The position numbers were made by a program, and so were the translations under genes. The notes beneath the pieces were generated by a model. It made no database searches, was not told the origin of the DNA, and saw only the letters and a list, made by a program, of their open reading frames with translations. Positions 1-12,234 of a DNA stretch of 64,000 bases are shown here, piece by piece. Numbering within the stretch: position 1 is the stretch's first letter; the number at the start of each line of letters is the position of its first letter. The stretch comes from Torpedo marmorata (lineage: Eukaryota). The DNA lies in NCBI GenBank assembly GCA_977017645.1, contig OZ360234.1:35092001-35156000 (forward strand), written 5' to 3'.

Positions 1-207
1 TTGGTAGACTGGGAGCCCCATGTCTTGTTCTTAATATGCAGAGTTTGTGCCTCTTGAAACTCTGGAGCCTATCTTAAGCCTAAATAAAGACATGTCCTTT
101 CTTAATATTTGTTGCTTCTGGATGACTCAAGAATAGAATCTTTTACATGTGTTTCAATGGAAATCATTGCCATGATTTCCAGCGGCTATACTTTGTGAGG
201 TGTCTGA

Positions 208-710
208 GGAGATTCGGTACGTCACCGAAGACTCGTAAATTTCTACAGGTGTACCGTGGAGAGCATTCTGGCTGGTTGCATCACTGCCTGGTATGGAGGT
301 GCCAACTCCCAGGACAAGAGTAAACTCCAGAAGGTTGTTAACTCGGCCTGTGACATCACACGCACCAGACTTCACTCCATCGTGGACATGGTGTCTTAAA
401 AAAGCAGCCTCTATCCTCAAAGACCCCCACCACCCAGGCCATGCCCTCTTCACTCTGCTACCATCGGGGAAAAAGGTACAGGAGCCTAAAGACGAGCACT
501 CAACGGCACAAGGACAGCTTCTTCCCCACTGCCATCAGATTCCTGAATAATCACTGAACCAAAGACACTGCCTTACTTTTCATGCACTATTATTTATATA
601 TATTTTTTTATAGTAATGTTGTAATATAGTTATAATATGAATGTTTGCACTATGATTCTGCTGCAAAACACTGAATTTCATGACTTGTTCATGACAATAA
701 ATTCTGATTC
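208..710 (+). mobile_element. Rex1/Babar-type LINE, 3' fragment (subfamily A)
   Basis: Near-identical to the 3' end of the element at 37028-38718 ([25 protein letters not shown]); ends aataaattctgattc. Confidence 0.85.
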
Positions 711-975
711 ATTTGTGCCAATCTCTTGTAACTCTGCCCTGTTTTCTGCCTCCAATCCACCACCACTTTTCTCTGCAATTTAAAACTTGGTTTCTCTTTT
801 CTATAGTTAGGATGAAACTTCATTGAAATGCAAGTGACTCCTTTTGTCTCTGCAGACGGTACCTGATCTGCGTATTTACAGCATCTGGTGCTTTTGTTCA
901 ATAATATTACCCTTGATTGGCATTGCAACTTTACTAGATTGTACTGAAATTGGCTAAAGTTGGCATCCAGTCGGA

Positions 976-1832
976 TTGCATAAATCAAGATTAAAATGGG
1001 AATTAGATTTGAATGTAAGAATAGATGAAAATCATTGGAAAGAATTATGTAAATTAAGTATGACGAAGATTATTAATGTTAGATATAGATTAGTACAATA
1101 CAATTTTTTTCATCAATTATATTTAACACCTAAAAAACTAAAATTTAATCTGACATCAGGTTTATGTTTTAGATGTAATAAAGAGGAAGGGTCTTTTGTA
1201 CATTCTACATGGTTTTGTCCAAAAGTTTGATTTTTGGTTGAAAGTTTAAAAAAAATTTAGATAAAGTATTTAAGATTACATTTCCAATGGATCCTATGAT
1301 ATTTTTGTTTGGAGATATTAGAAAATTTAGTATTAAGATGAAATTAAATATGTATCAAATAGAATTTTTGCGAATCGCTTTAGCTGTTTCAAAGAAATGC
1401 GTTGCTATTACTTGGAAATCTGATTTAGGATTAGAAAGATGGCATGCAGAACTTCGTTCGTGTATACCACTTGAGAAAATTACTTATAATTTACGTAATA
1501 AATATCATTTCTTAAAAATTTGGAGCCCATACATGAAAGCTGTTGGTTTAAGGATTTGAAGATCTCTGGATATCAGATCTACTGGCACACTTGACCTCCA
1601 TAATAGAATTAGTTTATAGATTGGCATTCCCCTTACTCTTATCTTTTTCTTTCTTTTTTCTTCTTTTCTATTTTTTATTTTATATTTTTATTTTTTATTA
1701 GATTAGTGGGGTTGGGAGGGTTGGGGAGGGAGGGGGGGTGAAAATGTATCACAAATAATTTGATAATTTTATATTTTATTTTATGTATTTTGTGATTTAA
1801 AAATTTTAAATAAAATTTAAATTAAAAAAAAA
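976..1832 (+). mobile_element. L1-like LINE, ORF2 C-terminus, 3'UTR and A-tail
   Basis: ORFs 976-1230 and 1287-1559 carry a CCHC knuckle (CFRC..GSFVHSTWFC) followed by T-rich/G-rich UTR, aataaa and an A-run. Confidence 0.75.
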
Positions 1833-1893
1833 AGTTGGCATCCAGTTAAGAACAATTAATGTTTCCTAAATAACTTACTTTTTCCTCTTGCAG

Positions 1894-1946
1894 CATCTGT
1901 GAAGAAACACAAGAAGCATAGAAAGAAATCTGGGGAAAGCATTGGG
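1894..1946 (+). CDS. DKC1: Dyskerin exon 2 (N-terminal lysine-rich NLS, ASVKKHKKHRKKSGESIG)
   Basis: Polypyrimidine tract with cag acceptor and gtatgt donor; phase 1-0 joins exon 3 in frame. Confidence 0.85.
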
Positions 1947-2022
1947 GTATGTATTAAACTTTAGCTTTGTGATTTATCCACACATGTTCTGCAGATGAAA
2001 GACAATATTTCATTGTAATATA

Positions 2023-2371
2023 CAGGTGCTCCTCTACTTACAATGGGGTTGCGTTCTGGTAAACCCATCGTAAGTCGAAAAAGAATACCGCACCTACCGA
2101 ACATCATAGCCTAGCCTACCTTAAATGTGCTCAGACCACTTACCATAGCCTACAGCTGGGCAAATGTTTCTAAAACAAAGCCTCTTTTATAATTAAATGT
2201 TGAATACCTTTTATTCCACACTGAAAAAAACAATTTTTAATCATAAAATATAGCGCCAGCCAAAGCATCCATCAGCTGTTGCACGATAACCAGTAACGAC
2301 AGTCACACCAACACCACCATCGTAACTTCGAAAAATCGTAAGTCGAGCCATCGTAAGTAGAGGAGCACCCG
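2023..2371. mobile_element. Tigger/pogo-type MITE resembling MER47A/Tigger5
   Basis: TIRs caggtgctcctctacttacaatg / catcgtaagtagaggagcacccg with TA on both flanks. Confidence 0.85.
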
Positions 2372-3606
2372 TAATTTCAAAAGTTGCATTATGCAACTAA
2401 AATGTGGTAAACGGCTTTCTGTTTAATTTGTTCTTAAACTATATTGTTAAGAATAGCAGCAAGAGTGTAACCTTCATCAAATGCTGAGTCATGGGCAAGT
2501 TAACCCATTGCGTGAATTTATGTCAAAATTGGTGCATTGCCTGCAATGCAGTGATTTGGTTTTCTTGTACCTGATCTTATTCCTGTCATTGTCCGATGGT
2601 CAGCTTTATCTAATATTGATAAGTAATTGTTGCTTTTTGTTTTACAAATGCTCTTCATCACGCTGTTTCCATGTATATGCTTCTCTCCCTTCTCTATCCA
2701 TCATGGTCTCCATCATAGAAAAGTTATTCTATGGTGGGGAGGATTTTCTTCCAATTAAAATTTGGACTTATTTGAAGTACAGGGTTGTCACTGCAGCCTT
2801 CTGTTTTCCTAGGTATTCACATTTCTATGTCGGGGTTTGATGCAATCAATCACTATACTTTCCACAGTGCATCTGCAGTTGTGTAATGGGTTTGGTTTTA
2901 TGAAACTCCAGACAAAAGTAACCCTTGTTTTGTGGTTACTTTAAAATGACACAGATCAAAGAAGAAAAACCTGCCTGAAGTATGTTGCTTGCAAGTTGAC
3001 TGCTAGCCTTTGGGAGGTGTTTCTGGGTATTCTCTGAAGCAGTCCCTTAAAATCAACAAGGACTCAGTTCCACTTCTGTGGGTTGTTCAATGACTGTTAA
3101 GGTCTCTGTGATGAACTTGCAGTGATTGGAGCAGAAAGTGTCTGACCGGGTGGGTGTGTAGTTTCAGAGATGTATCCTCTTTTTGGCTTGGCCTTTGTGC
3201 TTCCCATTGAGTGGACTTGGTTCTCGATACCATCCTGAATGCAACTCGTCTCTGTTTAATTCCCTGGAATAGCTGCTGATGGGCACATTTCTTTAAGGAG
3301 ATGTCACTTAGTCATCTCGCAACAGCAAAGCTCTCAGCAGAGTCTATTTTGAGGAGTTGGTGTTGGGCACGTGGGCAACGTGGCCCACAAAGGGAAAGCA
3401 GTCATTAGAGCTCTGGGGAAGTTGGCATCAGAGAATACCCTCATTACTTGTGCTCCCTGTAGATTTTTCCAGGATTGTACTTGTGGTACATTTTCAATGG
3501 TGTAGTTTTGTATACTCTTCTAATGTCCCAATGCATGTCTGGCAATGTGTTCATATAGATAGCTTGATGCAAAATTAATCTGTTTTCAAATTTTTTCTCT
3601 TTCCAG

Positions 3607-3693
3607 GAAATCCAACTGGCGACTGACTTTCTAATCGCTCCAGAGTCAAAAATAATAAAGTTAGAGACATCTCATTGGCCTTTGTTGCTGAAG
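3607..3693 (+). CDS. DKC1: Dyskerin exon 3 ([29 protein letters not shown])
   Basis: 87 nt, ag/gt boundaries, WPLLLK motif. Confidence 0.95.
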
Positions 3694-4532
3694 GTAAACT
3701 TGTCTACATGAATGGATGTATATAAAAACTCAGGTGGTTGGTTTAATATTTTTAAAAATTGCCTTGTTTAATGTTGATTCAAAATAAAAGTTGGTCTTAA
3801 GCAGATGGTGATCTTGGCTCAGCTCTAATACATGAACAAACTTCACTTGCATGAATATATAAACCTTAAAACATTTTACATTATTTTCAGTCGCATTCAT
3901 TTAACTGTTGCTACATCTGCAGGTTCCTCCCCCCTCCATGGAGCCGTCCAAAAGACGAACAATAACATAGATAATTAACCCCCCCTTCCCCCAAGTTTAC
4001 AGATAAATCCTTACTAATACACTTAATAATATACTAATAAAAGTAAAGACTCTTAGTAAGCAGGGATAAGGAGAAACTTTAAGAGTCACCCCAACGGCGA
4101 GCGGCATCTGCCAGCTCTTCATCCTGGGTGACACCATTTTATTCAAACACAGCTTTGTTCAAACTTTATTAAAATAGCTGCTACAAGCAAAGCACGACCA
4201 AGGCACTCAGCACTGAATATTTGCTCCCATCTTCATCAAAGGTTTATGTGTTACTTCAGAGAACATTTACTTTTACAATGTTAAACTTTTATTTAAATTT
4301 TAATTTATTTTATTTATTTTTTTTGCTGGTTGCTTGAATACCGGATAACGGGTTTTACTATAGTTCTGATCTAATTAATTATTTCTTGGAGTAGATCATT
4401 GGAGCATTGCCTTGTCAATTGACTATACTTTTCACCTGCAAACTAAATGTGATTTTGCTTCTGAAGTGATTTAGAATAGCTGAGAGGCATGACAAGATAC
4501 AATTTCCCATCACTGTAATCATTGTATTGCAG

Positions 4533-4624
4533 AATTTTGACAAACTTAATGTACGGACGGCACATTACACACCCATTCCAAATGGCTGCTCGCCCCTCAA
4601 GAGGGAAATCGCTGACTATATAAG
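4533..4624 (+). CDS. DKC1: Dyskerin exon 4 ([30 protein letters not shown])
   Basis: 92 nt, ag/gtaagt. Confidence 0.95.
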
Positions 4625-5404
4625 GTAAGTTCTACACTGAGCACGAACAATAGCTGAAGTTTATACATCTGAGCCACTGTTCAACTTTGTAAGGTCCTTG
4701 ATGTTAGTGGGGGAAAGTCAGGAATTCTCCTTTACCTTGAATATTGCAACCACAACTGAACAATAACTATTTCTTCATTTTCCCATCCTCGCAGCTTTAG
4801 TTTTAAGTTCATATCCATCTTCAGAGCTGTGTTTGGTCTCTTTATTAAATTTCTGCTATTGTACTTAAACTCTCATCAGAATAACTAGCAATCTCCCCAG
4901 ATTCATTGCAGCAAAAATAATCTCTTTCCCCTATAATGTGTCTGCAGACTTTGAAACCATTCCATCCACTGTTCTCTTTTTGTGCCTCCACTATCATGCA
5001 GGCAGGTGAGACTAGAATTGCTTGGTATTGTTTTTCTCTAGCTAGTCTTTGTCATGGAATGACAAGCAATGTCTTCACTTTCTGTACTGATACCCATTAA
5101 CTTCAGTCCCTTACTAGAATCTATTGTTTCCCTTCTATTCCTCATTAGTAATGTTATTTTGATGTCCCACGTTTCTTGACCACCATTTTTTTTATTCAAC
5201 TTATCATAGGTAATTTGAAATTTTCTCATCCTAAACATTGGAAAAATCTTAGTTTAAAGTATACAAAAATTGAGCCACATTTTTTATAATCGGGGCATCA
5301 TAGTTAACCTACGGTTCTCAAACTTCATTCTTTTTGGTATATTGAAGGCACTGTAGAAATGGGAATTGTTATTAATTGACTATTGAAAAATGAGTGAATA
5401 TTAG

Positions 5405-5608
<204 letters not shown>

Positions 5609-5821
5609 TAGATTCCTTTGCTGGTTTGAAATTTGTTTCACTCGGTTTTGGTGGCTATGTGTACAGTTCTCTTTTCTCCTGTCATCCCTCCTGCTACGTG
5701 GGTTTGGGGTGTGAGGGAAGCGATCTTATAAGTGACCTTGCTCAAAGTTTCTCAAATTCTTAACTTGAGATACAATAACTGACATGGCCGCTCCTGACAA
5801 CTGCTTTGCTATTAATTGTAG

Positions 5822-5886
5822 GCAAAGAGTATGTGGGAATTGTTCGGCTGCACAATGCTATTGAAAGTGAACTGGAGTTTAGCCGG
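5822..5886 (+). CDS. DKC1: Dyskerin exon 6 (KEYVGIVRLHNAIESELEFSR)
   Basis: 65 nt, ag/gtgagt. Confidence 0.95.
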
Positions 5887-6183
5887 GTGAGTAAACCTAA
5901 ATCCTTGATTTTAAAATATCATTTCCAATCAGAAATTTGAAGATGATTTGTATGGGATACTGCTTGTCTCCAGATGTATTATATATGGGATGTATAGATA
6001 CAGCGTGGCTAACTTAACTAATTCTTCAAATTGCCCACATTGTACTTGTGCTTTGAAGCATACTTTGAACTAACAGTGGAGCAAAGTTAAAAATTCTTAA
6101 ATTATCTGTCTCAATACTCTAGTTCTATTTGTCCCCTATATCTTGTATGCAATATCAATAATTATTTGGTCTTGATACTGTAC

Positions 6184-6413
6184 GTGAAATGATGAATACG
6201 TTTATCCATTCGCTGAGAAATGCAAGCAACTTACTTCACTACACGCTGATCCCTGTTAGAGATTTGGTGTGAATTACGCCTATCTTGTGCCATATCTTGG
6301 CGTTCTGCTGAGATGTTGGTGCCTGTTTAGGTGTATGTGAATGTGAGGTGGTTTGTCAGGGTTGGGAACATTTTGTGCTCCCACTCTTAAAGATGAAGGA
6401 TGCATCTGATCAC
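6184..6413 (+). ncRNA. SNORD17: Long box C/D snoRNA, SNORD17 (HBI-43) homolog, DKC1 intron 6
   Basis: C box ATGATGA 6189-6195, guide cgtttatccattcg before D' CTGA, D box CTGA 6406-6409, 9-bp flanking stem tgtacgtga/tcacgtaca; guide pairs with 28S GAAUGGAUGAACG; termini match recalled human SNORD17. Confidence 0.85.
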
Positions 6414-6433
6414 GTACATAAGTAATTTAGTTA

Positions 6434-6852
6434 CCGTATATGCATTGTATAGGACGGTCCTCAAAACATAAAATTTTCAGTTTAAAATTGGGTTGCCCTA
6501 TACATAGTCTAAAATTCTTGAAGGCGGTCACAACACCGCCGCCATCTCGCGCATGCCCCGTTAGTTATTTGCGAAGTCTCAGCACTCCTCCGCGAGGTCC
6601 ATCCGCCTGTTACAGGAACCGACTGGCTTATTTTTAAATATCCAAATAAAATTTAAACCTTTAAATGATCATTTGTTATTAAATTATTGTGATTTGCTTT
6701 TAACAGCATCCACTGGTCAGCGGTAAGTACCAGATTTTGGGGGGTGGGGGGGGGGTCGTCTTATTCAAAGGGTATCGCTCAAAACCAACATTTTAGGTGA
6801 AAATTCCGGGGTCGTCCTATACACGAGACGTCCTACACAACGGCATATACGG
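6434..6852. mobile_element. Tc1/mariner-superfamily (Tc2/Kanga-like) MITE
   Basis: TIRs ccgtatatgc / gcatatacgg with TA on both flanks and subterminal gtcgtcct repeats. Confidence 0.75.
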
Positions 6853-7070
6853 TAGATTTAACTGATTGAGGAAGTTTCTGATTGAAATTTGCACAATGCC
6901 ATTCACAGTTAAACCTTTATTCTTGCATCTATGAAGTTGATATTTACAAGTCTAATTATGCTGTTATACTCAGGTGTTTGAGAATAGTTTTTAACAGCTG
7001 AAAGTTTTAACTGAGTACAGTTATTAATGTTTCTGCTCAATACTGAATATAATTTGTTTTCTGCACTAAG

Positions 7071-7197
7071 GGGTTGGAGATGCTGACAGGAGCATTATTC
7101 CAACGGCCTCCCTTGATTGCTGCTGTTAAAAGGCAGTTAAGAGTCCGGACCATCTATGAGAGTAAACTGATTGAATATGATCCAGAGAGGCGTTTGG
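7071..7197 (+). CDS. DKC1: Dyskerin exon 7 ([42 protein letters not shown])
   Basis: 127 nt, ag/gtgagt. Confidence 0.96.
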
Positions 7198-7904
7198 GTG
7201 AGTGTTAAGTTTTGCTCTAATGTTAGTTTTTAGTTAAATGGTCTTTACAACATGTAAATACACTTCCAATGAACATATACATTTGACATTAATGATCAGG
7301 AATTACAAGAATGGCTGTACAGAAGCTTATAGTAATGGGCAGAATTGCACTTGAGTATGTAGCTGGCATTATTCTTAGGTTGTACTTGAATTTTGCATCC
7401 ATATAGTCCCCAGTGTCCTGGAGCCATCCCATAAAGTGAACCATACTGCGTATAACCACAGGCAATGAAATCTGTGGCCCTGTTCCCAGTCGGTTGACGT
7501 AGACCAATGCTGGCAGGCATTGCTTAGCAGATCCACTGGTTTGCCATCAGCACTGTCTGGCCTAATAGTGTGGGCAGATGTGATTGAGGGAGATTGTTTC
7601 AAGCCTTGTGTCCAAATGGTTCAGTGAGCTTGTTTCAAGCCTTGTGTCCAAGACACAGGACATCTGCCTTTCCTGGCCCGGGGCCTTGCAGTGTAGGAGT
7701 AATAGAGCTTTAAATGCAAACAAAAAAACATTTGTAATGCAAGCAAATGGGATTTGCGTAGATGGCAAAAAGGTTGGCATGGGCGTAGTGGACTGCAGGG
7801 CCAGTTACTGTGCTGTGTAATTCTGACTTGTGCAGCCTTGAAATGTGCCCTTCTACTGACTATCAAGCACCAATTTACACTAATCCTATTTATTTTTCCC
7901 ACAT

Positions 7905-8600
7905 TCAAAGTTCAAATTTATTGTCGAAGTATACATACATGACGTCACATGCAACCCTGAGATTCTTTTTTCCTGCGGGCCAGGCAGAATTTCTAATTAA
8001 CGGTAGACTATATGAGAAAAATGTAAACAAACTGCAAGTACAGAAAATAAATATTCAGTAATAAATAATGAGCAAAGTAAGAGTCCTTAAAGGAGTCTCT
8101 GAATGAATCTTGTTCAGGAGTGATGGTTGAGGGGTAGCAGCTATTCCTGAACCTCGAGGTACGAGTTGTGTGGCACATGTACCTATTTCCTGATGGCAGC
8201 AGCGAGAACAGAGCATGTCCTGGGTGGTGTGGATCCTAGATGATTGCTGCTGCTCGCCGACTGCAGCGTTCCATGTCGATGGTGGGGAGAGTTTTGCTTA
8301 TGATGTACTGGGCTGTGCCCTCTACCTTTTGCAAGGCTTTCTGCTCAGAGGTATTGGTGCCCCCATATCAGACTGTGACGCAACCGGTCAGCGCACTTTC
8401 CACTACACGTCTGCAGAAGTTTCCGATGACATACCAAACCTCCGCAAACTCCAGAGGAAGTAGAGGCGCTAACAGGCTTTCTTCACGTGGCAATAATATG
8501 AATGGCCCAGGAAAGGTCCTCCGAGATAGTGACTCCCAGGAATTTAAATTTGCTCACCCTCTCCACCTCTGATTTCTCCCAATGATCACTGGATCGTACA
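7905..8600 (-). mobile_element. Rex1/Babar-type LINE, 3' fragment (subfamily B)
   Basis: Reverse complement of the 3' ends at 28200-28927 and 60880-61635. Confidence 0.8.
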
Positions 8601-9210
8601 TTCTCATCAACTCCCAGAGTTTGCTACTTGTCTATGTCCTATCAATTTATATTGACCAATAAATCTATCAACCAATGAATTGGGGAGGAAATTGGAATGC
8701 CTCAGGAAACCCATGTGGTCACAGAGAGCATGCAAACACACAGGCAGTACCTGTGGTTTGGATTGAACCTCGTTTGCTGGAAATGTGAGCAGCAGTTCTA
8801 TGCAACGCCGTCGGTTTGAAAAGATTGGAGAGGTGGAAAGAGGTGAGGGCATCGTGGTTTGAAAAGAATTTGAAACTGGAGTTGTAACTCGGATGATGGG
8901 TGTTTTTTAGTGTCTCTCCAAAGGTGTAGATCTTTCCATTAAGCAGAATGGCATTGGTTACTTGGTGAGAGGTTGAAAAGATTCGTGAATGGGTTAGTAA
9001 AAGTGAAGATACAAGCAATATGGTTTGGGATGAGGTTAAATTTGTCGACTGGTAAAAATATGGGTATAGATGGGTCTAATGGTAACAAAGATGACTTAAG
9101 TGTATCGGTACAATGGTTTAGTAACTGAAAGGTCTTGGAGGGACAAGTAGAATTATATTGCAAAGTTGAGTTGTTAAAACTGAGTTGCAAAAGGTTTGAG
9201 TTGCATTCTG

Positions 9211-9285
9211 GCCAAATGATGTTAAATAAATGAATTGAGCATGCTGTGCCAAGATGACTTGCATCTATCACCCTTGACTGATGGC
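9211..9285 (+). ncRNA. Box C/D snoRNA of the orphan U83/U84 (SNORD117/SNORD84) family, DKC1 intron 7
   Basis: gcca/tggc terminal stem, variant C box ATGATGT 9216-9222, internal gatga, antisense element ATCTATCACCCTTGA directly before D box CTGA 9278-9281, matching recalled human U84. Confidence 0.85.
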
Positions 9286-9961
9286 GAATGCAGCTTGTTT
9301 AGTTTATAATGAATGTTTACACGTGGAGATTTTAAGCAGCCATAAGGTACTGGGTTTTGATTATAGGCATCTCCGCTTGTTTCCTTTTGTAGATGCTGAT
9401 GGAGCAAATGTAACCAAGTTGTCATATAGTGAAATCTCATTTCACAGATCACCAGGTTCCACGAAACATTAGTAAATATAGGTCTTGCCTACACTTTCTG
9501 ATCAATGCTATCCTGTTTCCAGGAGTGGTCCTGCCAAAATCTTGTACTGTTGCAGCAATACTTCTTTACCTTTTGTACTTCATTCACCTTTACAAAAAAA
9601 TGTCAATATGCACTAATTGCTGTACCTGCATTTTTGCTTCATTAGCATTTAAGTCTGTTTTGCTATTCTGTCAAACGCAATGATTAACTTAATTCTCTAT
9701 TATACCATGCCTTTGCATTCCCCTTCATCTTATTTTCAGTGAATTTGGATGCAACACAATCAAATGAAAAGACAACGTCCTAAATATAAATCACAAGTAG
9801 CTGATCTTGTTTAAAATTTGCCAATCCAAATATGACAGTTCCACTCTTTTCTCACTAATTTATTTCATAACATACAATCTTTTTGTGTGGTACTTTTCAT
9901 TTTGATGTATTTAAGGCACATGTTTTCTGTAATGTCTAACCAGTATTGTATCTGCATTTAG

Positions 9962-10092
9962 GAGTTTTTTGGGTGAGTTGCGAAGCAGGGACGTACATCC
10001 GAACACTGTGTGTACATATTGGCTTGTTGCTTGGAGTAGGTGGTCAGATGCAGGAGCTAAGAAGGATACGGTCAGGAGTGAATGGAGAGAAG
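9962..10092 (+). CDS. DKC1: Dyskerin exon 8 ([43 protein letters not shown])
   Basis: 131 nt, ag/gt. Confidence 0.96.
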
Positions 10093-10194
10093 GTAGGAGT
10101 AATCATTAATTGTTTTTAAATTACGATATAAATATTATGAAAACCAAATCATACCCAGATGGTTTATGGGTGATGGTCAAATGTTTCTGGTTTG

Positions 10195-10332
10195 TCCAAA
10201 GTGTTGAGTTCAGTGCAGGTTGCTTTCTCCTGCCCTGGTAATTAAACTTTGGGAAAGTGAATGGCAAGGAGCTTTTGCACATGGTGGCCATGTTTGTGTG
10301 TGCGCCCACCAGAAGGCTTCAGGCTGACAGTT
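10195..10332 (+). ncRNA. SNORA36: H/ACA snoRNA SNORA36 (ACA36), DKC1 intron 8
   Basis: 5' hairpin tccaaagtgttgagttcag...taattaaactttggga; pocket GUGUUGAGU + AAUUAA is complementary to 18S UUAAUU(U)GACUCAACAC; second hairpin; ACA at 10327-10329; same intron as human SNORA36A. No canonical H box seen. Confidence 0.9.
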
Positions 10333-10392
10333 GATTGAGGGAAATATCTTAATATTTGTGTTGGTAATCTTAAGCTATTGCTTTGACTTCAG

Positions 10393-10536
10393 GATAACAT
10401 GGTAACAATGCACGATGTGTTGGATGCCCAGTGGCAATATGACCACAATAAGGACGAAACCTATCTACGTCGTGTCATCTTGCCCCTTGAGAAGTTGCTG
10501 GCAACTCACAAACGGATTGTTATGAAGGACAGTGCA
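10393..10536 (+). CDS. DKC1: Dyskerin exon 9 ([48 protein letters not shown])
   Basis: 144 nt, ag/gtaagt. Confidence 0.96.
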
Positions 10537-11251
10537 GTAAGTAGAGAAGAGAAAAGCTAAATCACCCAAAACAAAAATGCAAACTGGATTTGCTTATTGT
10601 GGGTCTGTTGGTAAAGATTGAGCACTAATAATTAGAACGCACAAAATTGAAAATGTCATTTAATATGGTGTTTCCTCTTTACTTGTAACACCACCTGAAT
10701 CTTCCCTGCTGTTGAAATCTTTATCCATATCTATCTTGCCTTTGAACAATTTTGATGCATTTTTCACTTTCACCAATGTTCTGCTGAAAGAAAACGCAAG
10801 ATCATTCAAAACCGCTCCTTGTCCCAGACCCTGTTAGCCTATTGTCCATATGCTCAAATGTAACTTATTAATTGGCTCTCTTGTGAACAATTTTTTAAAT
10901 CTCTTGGTAGCCATGCATCCAACTGCCATGGCCTTTAGTTTCATCATTCCATTCCTCAGCTCCCCTGAATCTTTTGGTCTTTGCTACTGAAAGCACCATA
11001 TCCAAGTTTGAAAAATTTGCAACCAATTTATTGCCATCTATTTTCAATGGTTCTTATTTTTGACCTGATTCCGATTGAGAATGCAGTTGGCACATTCAAA
11101 CCATGGGGAGTTGAAGGCGATTACTAACCAACAGAGTTCCTATTGAATCATTTGTTTGGATGCAATACTAATAGATTTAGGTGTGTTTATTTTTAACCTA
11201 CTGGTACATTTAATATATGCATAACTTTTTTGAGGCTGCCTTAATATCTGA

Positions 11252-11449
<198 letters not shown>

Positions 11450-11533
11450 TGAAATTGTCTTGATATTTGGGATAATTTGGATGTCACGAAATCTAGTTGA
11501 TGTATTTGGGAAATTGCTTTCATTGACTTAGAC

Positions 11534-12090
11534 TAGGGGTCTCCAAAGTGGTCGATATCGACCTCCAGGGGTCGATAGGACTATCCAAGGGGTCAAAAAA
11601 TGCCAGGGGGTCGATTGAATTTTTGAGGTCGAAAGAATTGTAGAGCCCGATGCTCTTGCCCGGGAGCCCAAGGTCCCCGCTCCTGCCCAGGATCCCGAGG
11701 CGACTTCTTCGATGCGGATGGCACCACACCCGATGTTGAGAATGGAGTCACTGTCGCCGATGCTGAAGACTTGGACCCAGCTCCGTTTGGCATCTTCCCG
11801 GCCAGAAGCAAAGATTTTTTTTACTGTTATTGTAATCACTTGCTTAATTTACAGATTTGTTACTTGGCAATTGGGGTGTTGTAACAAAGTTTGAGTTGTT
11901 ACTGGGAGGCCCGGACACCATGCATATGGTATGCAGTTTCCCTCACTAATGCATATAGAAATTGCACATCTACTTAATTGTTACTATTTATTTATTTACC
12001 GGTACTTATTTTTGTACATGCCTGGGGGGTCTATTAGTGAACAAGGATTCCATGAAGGGGTCGATGGTCTAAAAAGTTTGGGGACCCCTG
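11534..12090. mobile_element. Non-autonomous hAT (Charlie-like) DNA transposon
   Basis: TIRs taggggtctccaaa / tttggggacccctg; imperfect 8-bp TSD acttagac / ttttagac; subterminal ggggtcgat repeats. Confidence 0.75.
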
Positions 12091-12234
12091 TTTTAGACTG
12101 TTACTCAAATATTTATGAGTACTGGTCTTCTTGAGCGATTATAAGCAGAAAACAATATTTCACATATTTTAAAAGAATGCTTAAAAACTTTGAGTACATT
12201 GTATCTTGATGTTTTGGTTATCTTCTGGTGGCAG

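Noticed and set aside
3105-3148. GTGATGA ... CTGA pair in DKC1 intron 2
   Set aside because: Only about 38 nt between the boxes, no convincing terminal stem and no recognisable guide.
4411-4504. Hairpin cttgtca...tgacaag followed by ACA in intron 3
   Set aside because: No H box before it, only about 30 nt from the acceptor, and no target recognised.
5672-5786. Two weak hairpins and an ACA in intron 5
   Set aside because: No ANANNA hinge and a poor second stem.
7594-7651. 22-bp direct repeat with a 14-nt spacer (similar doublets near 14598 and 29587)
   Set aside because: Two units only; local duplications, not a CRISPR array.
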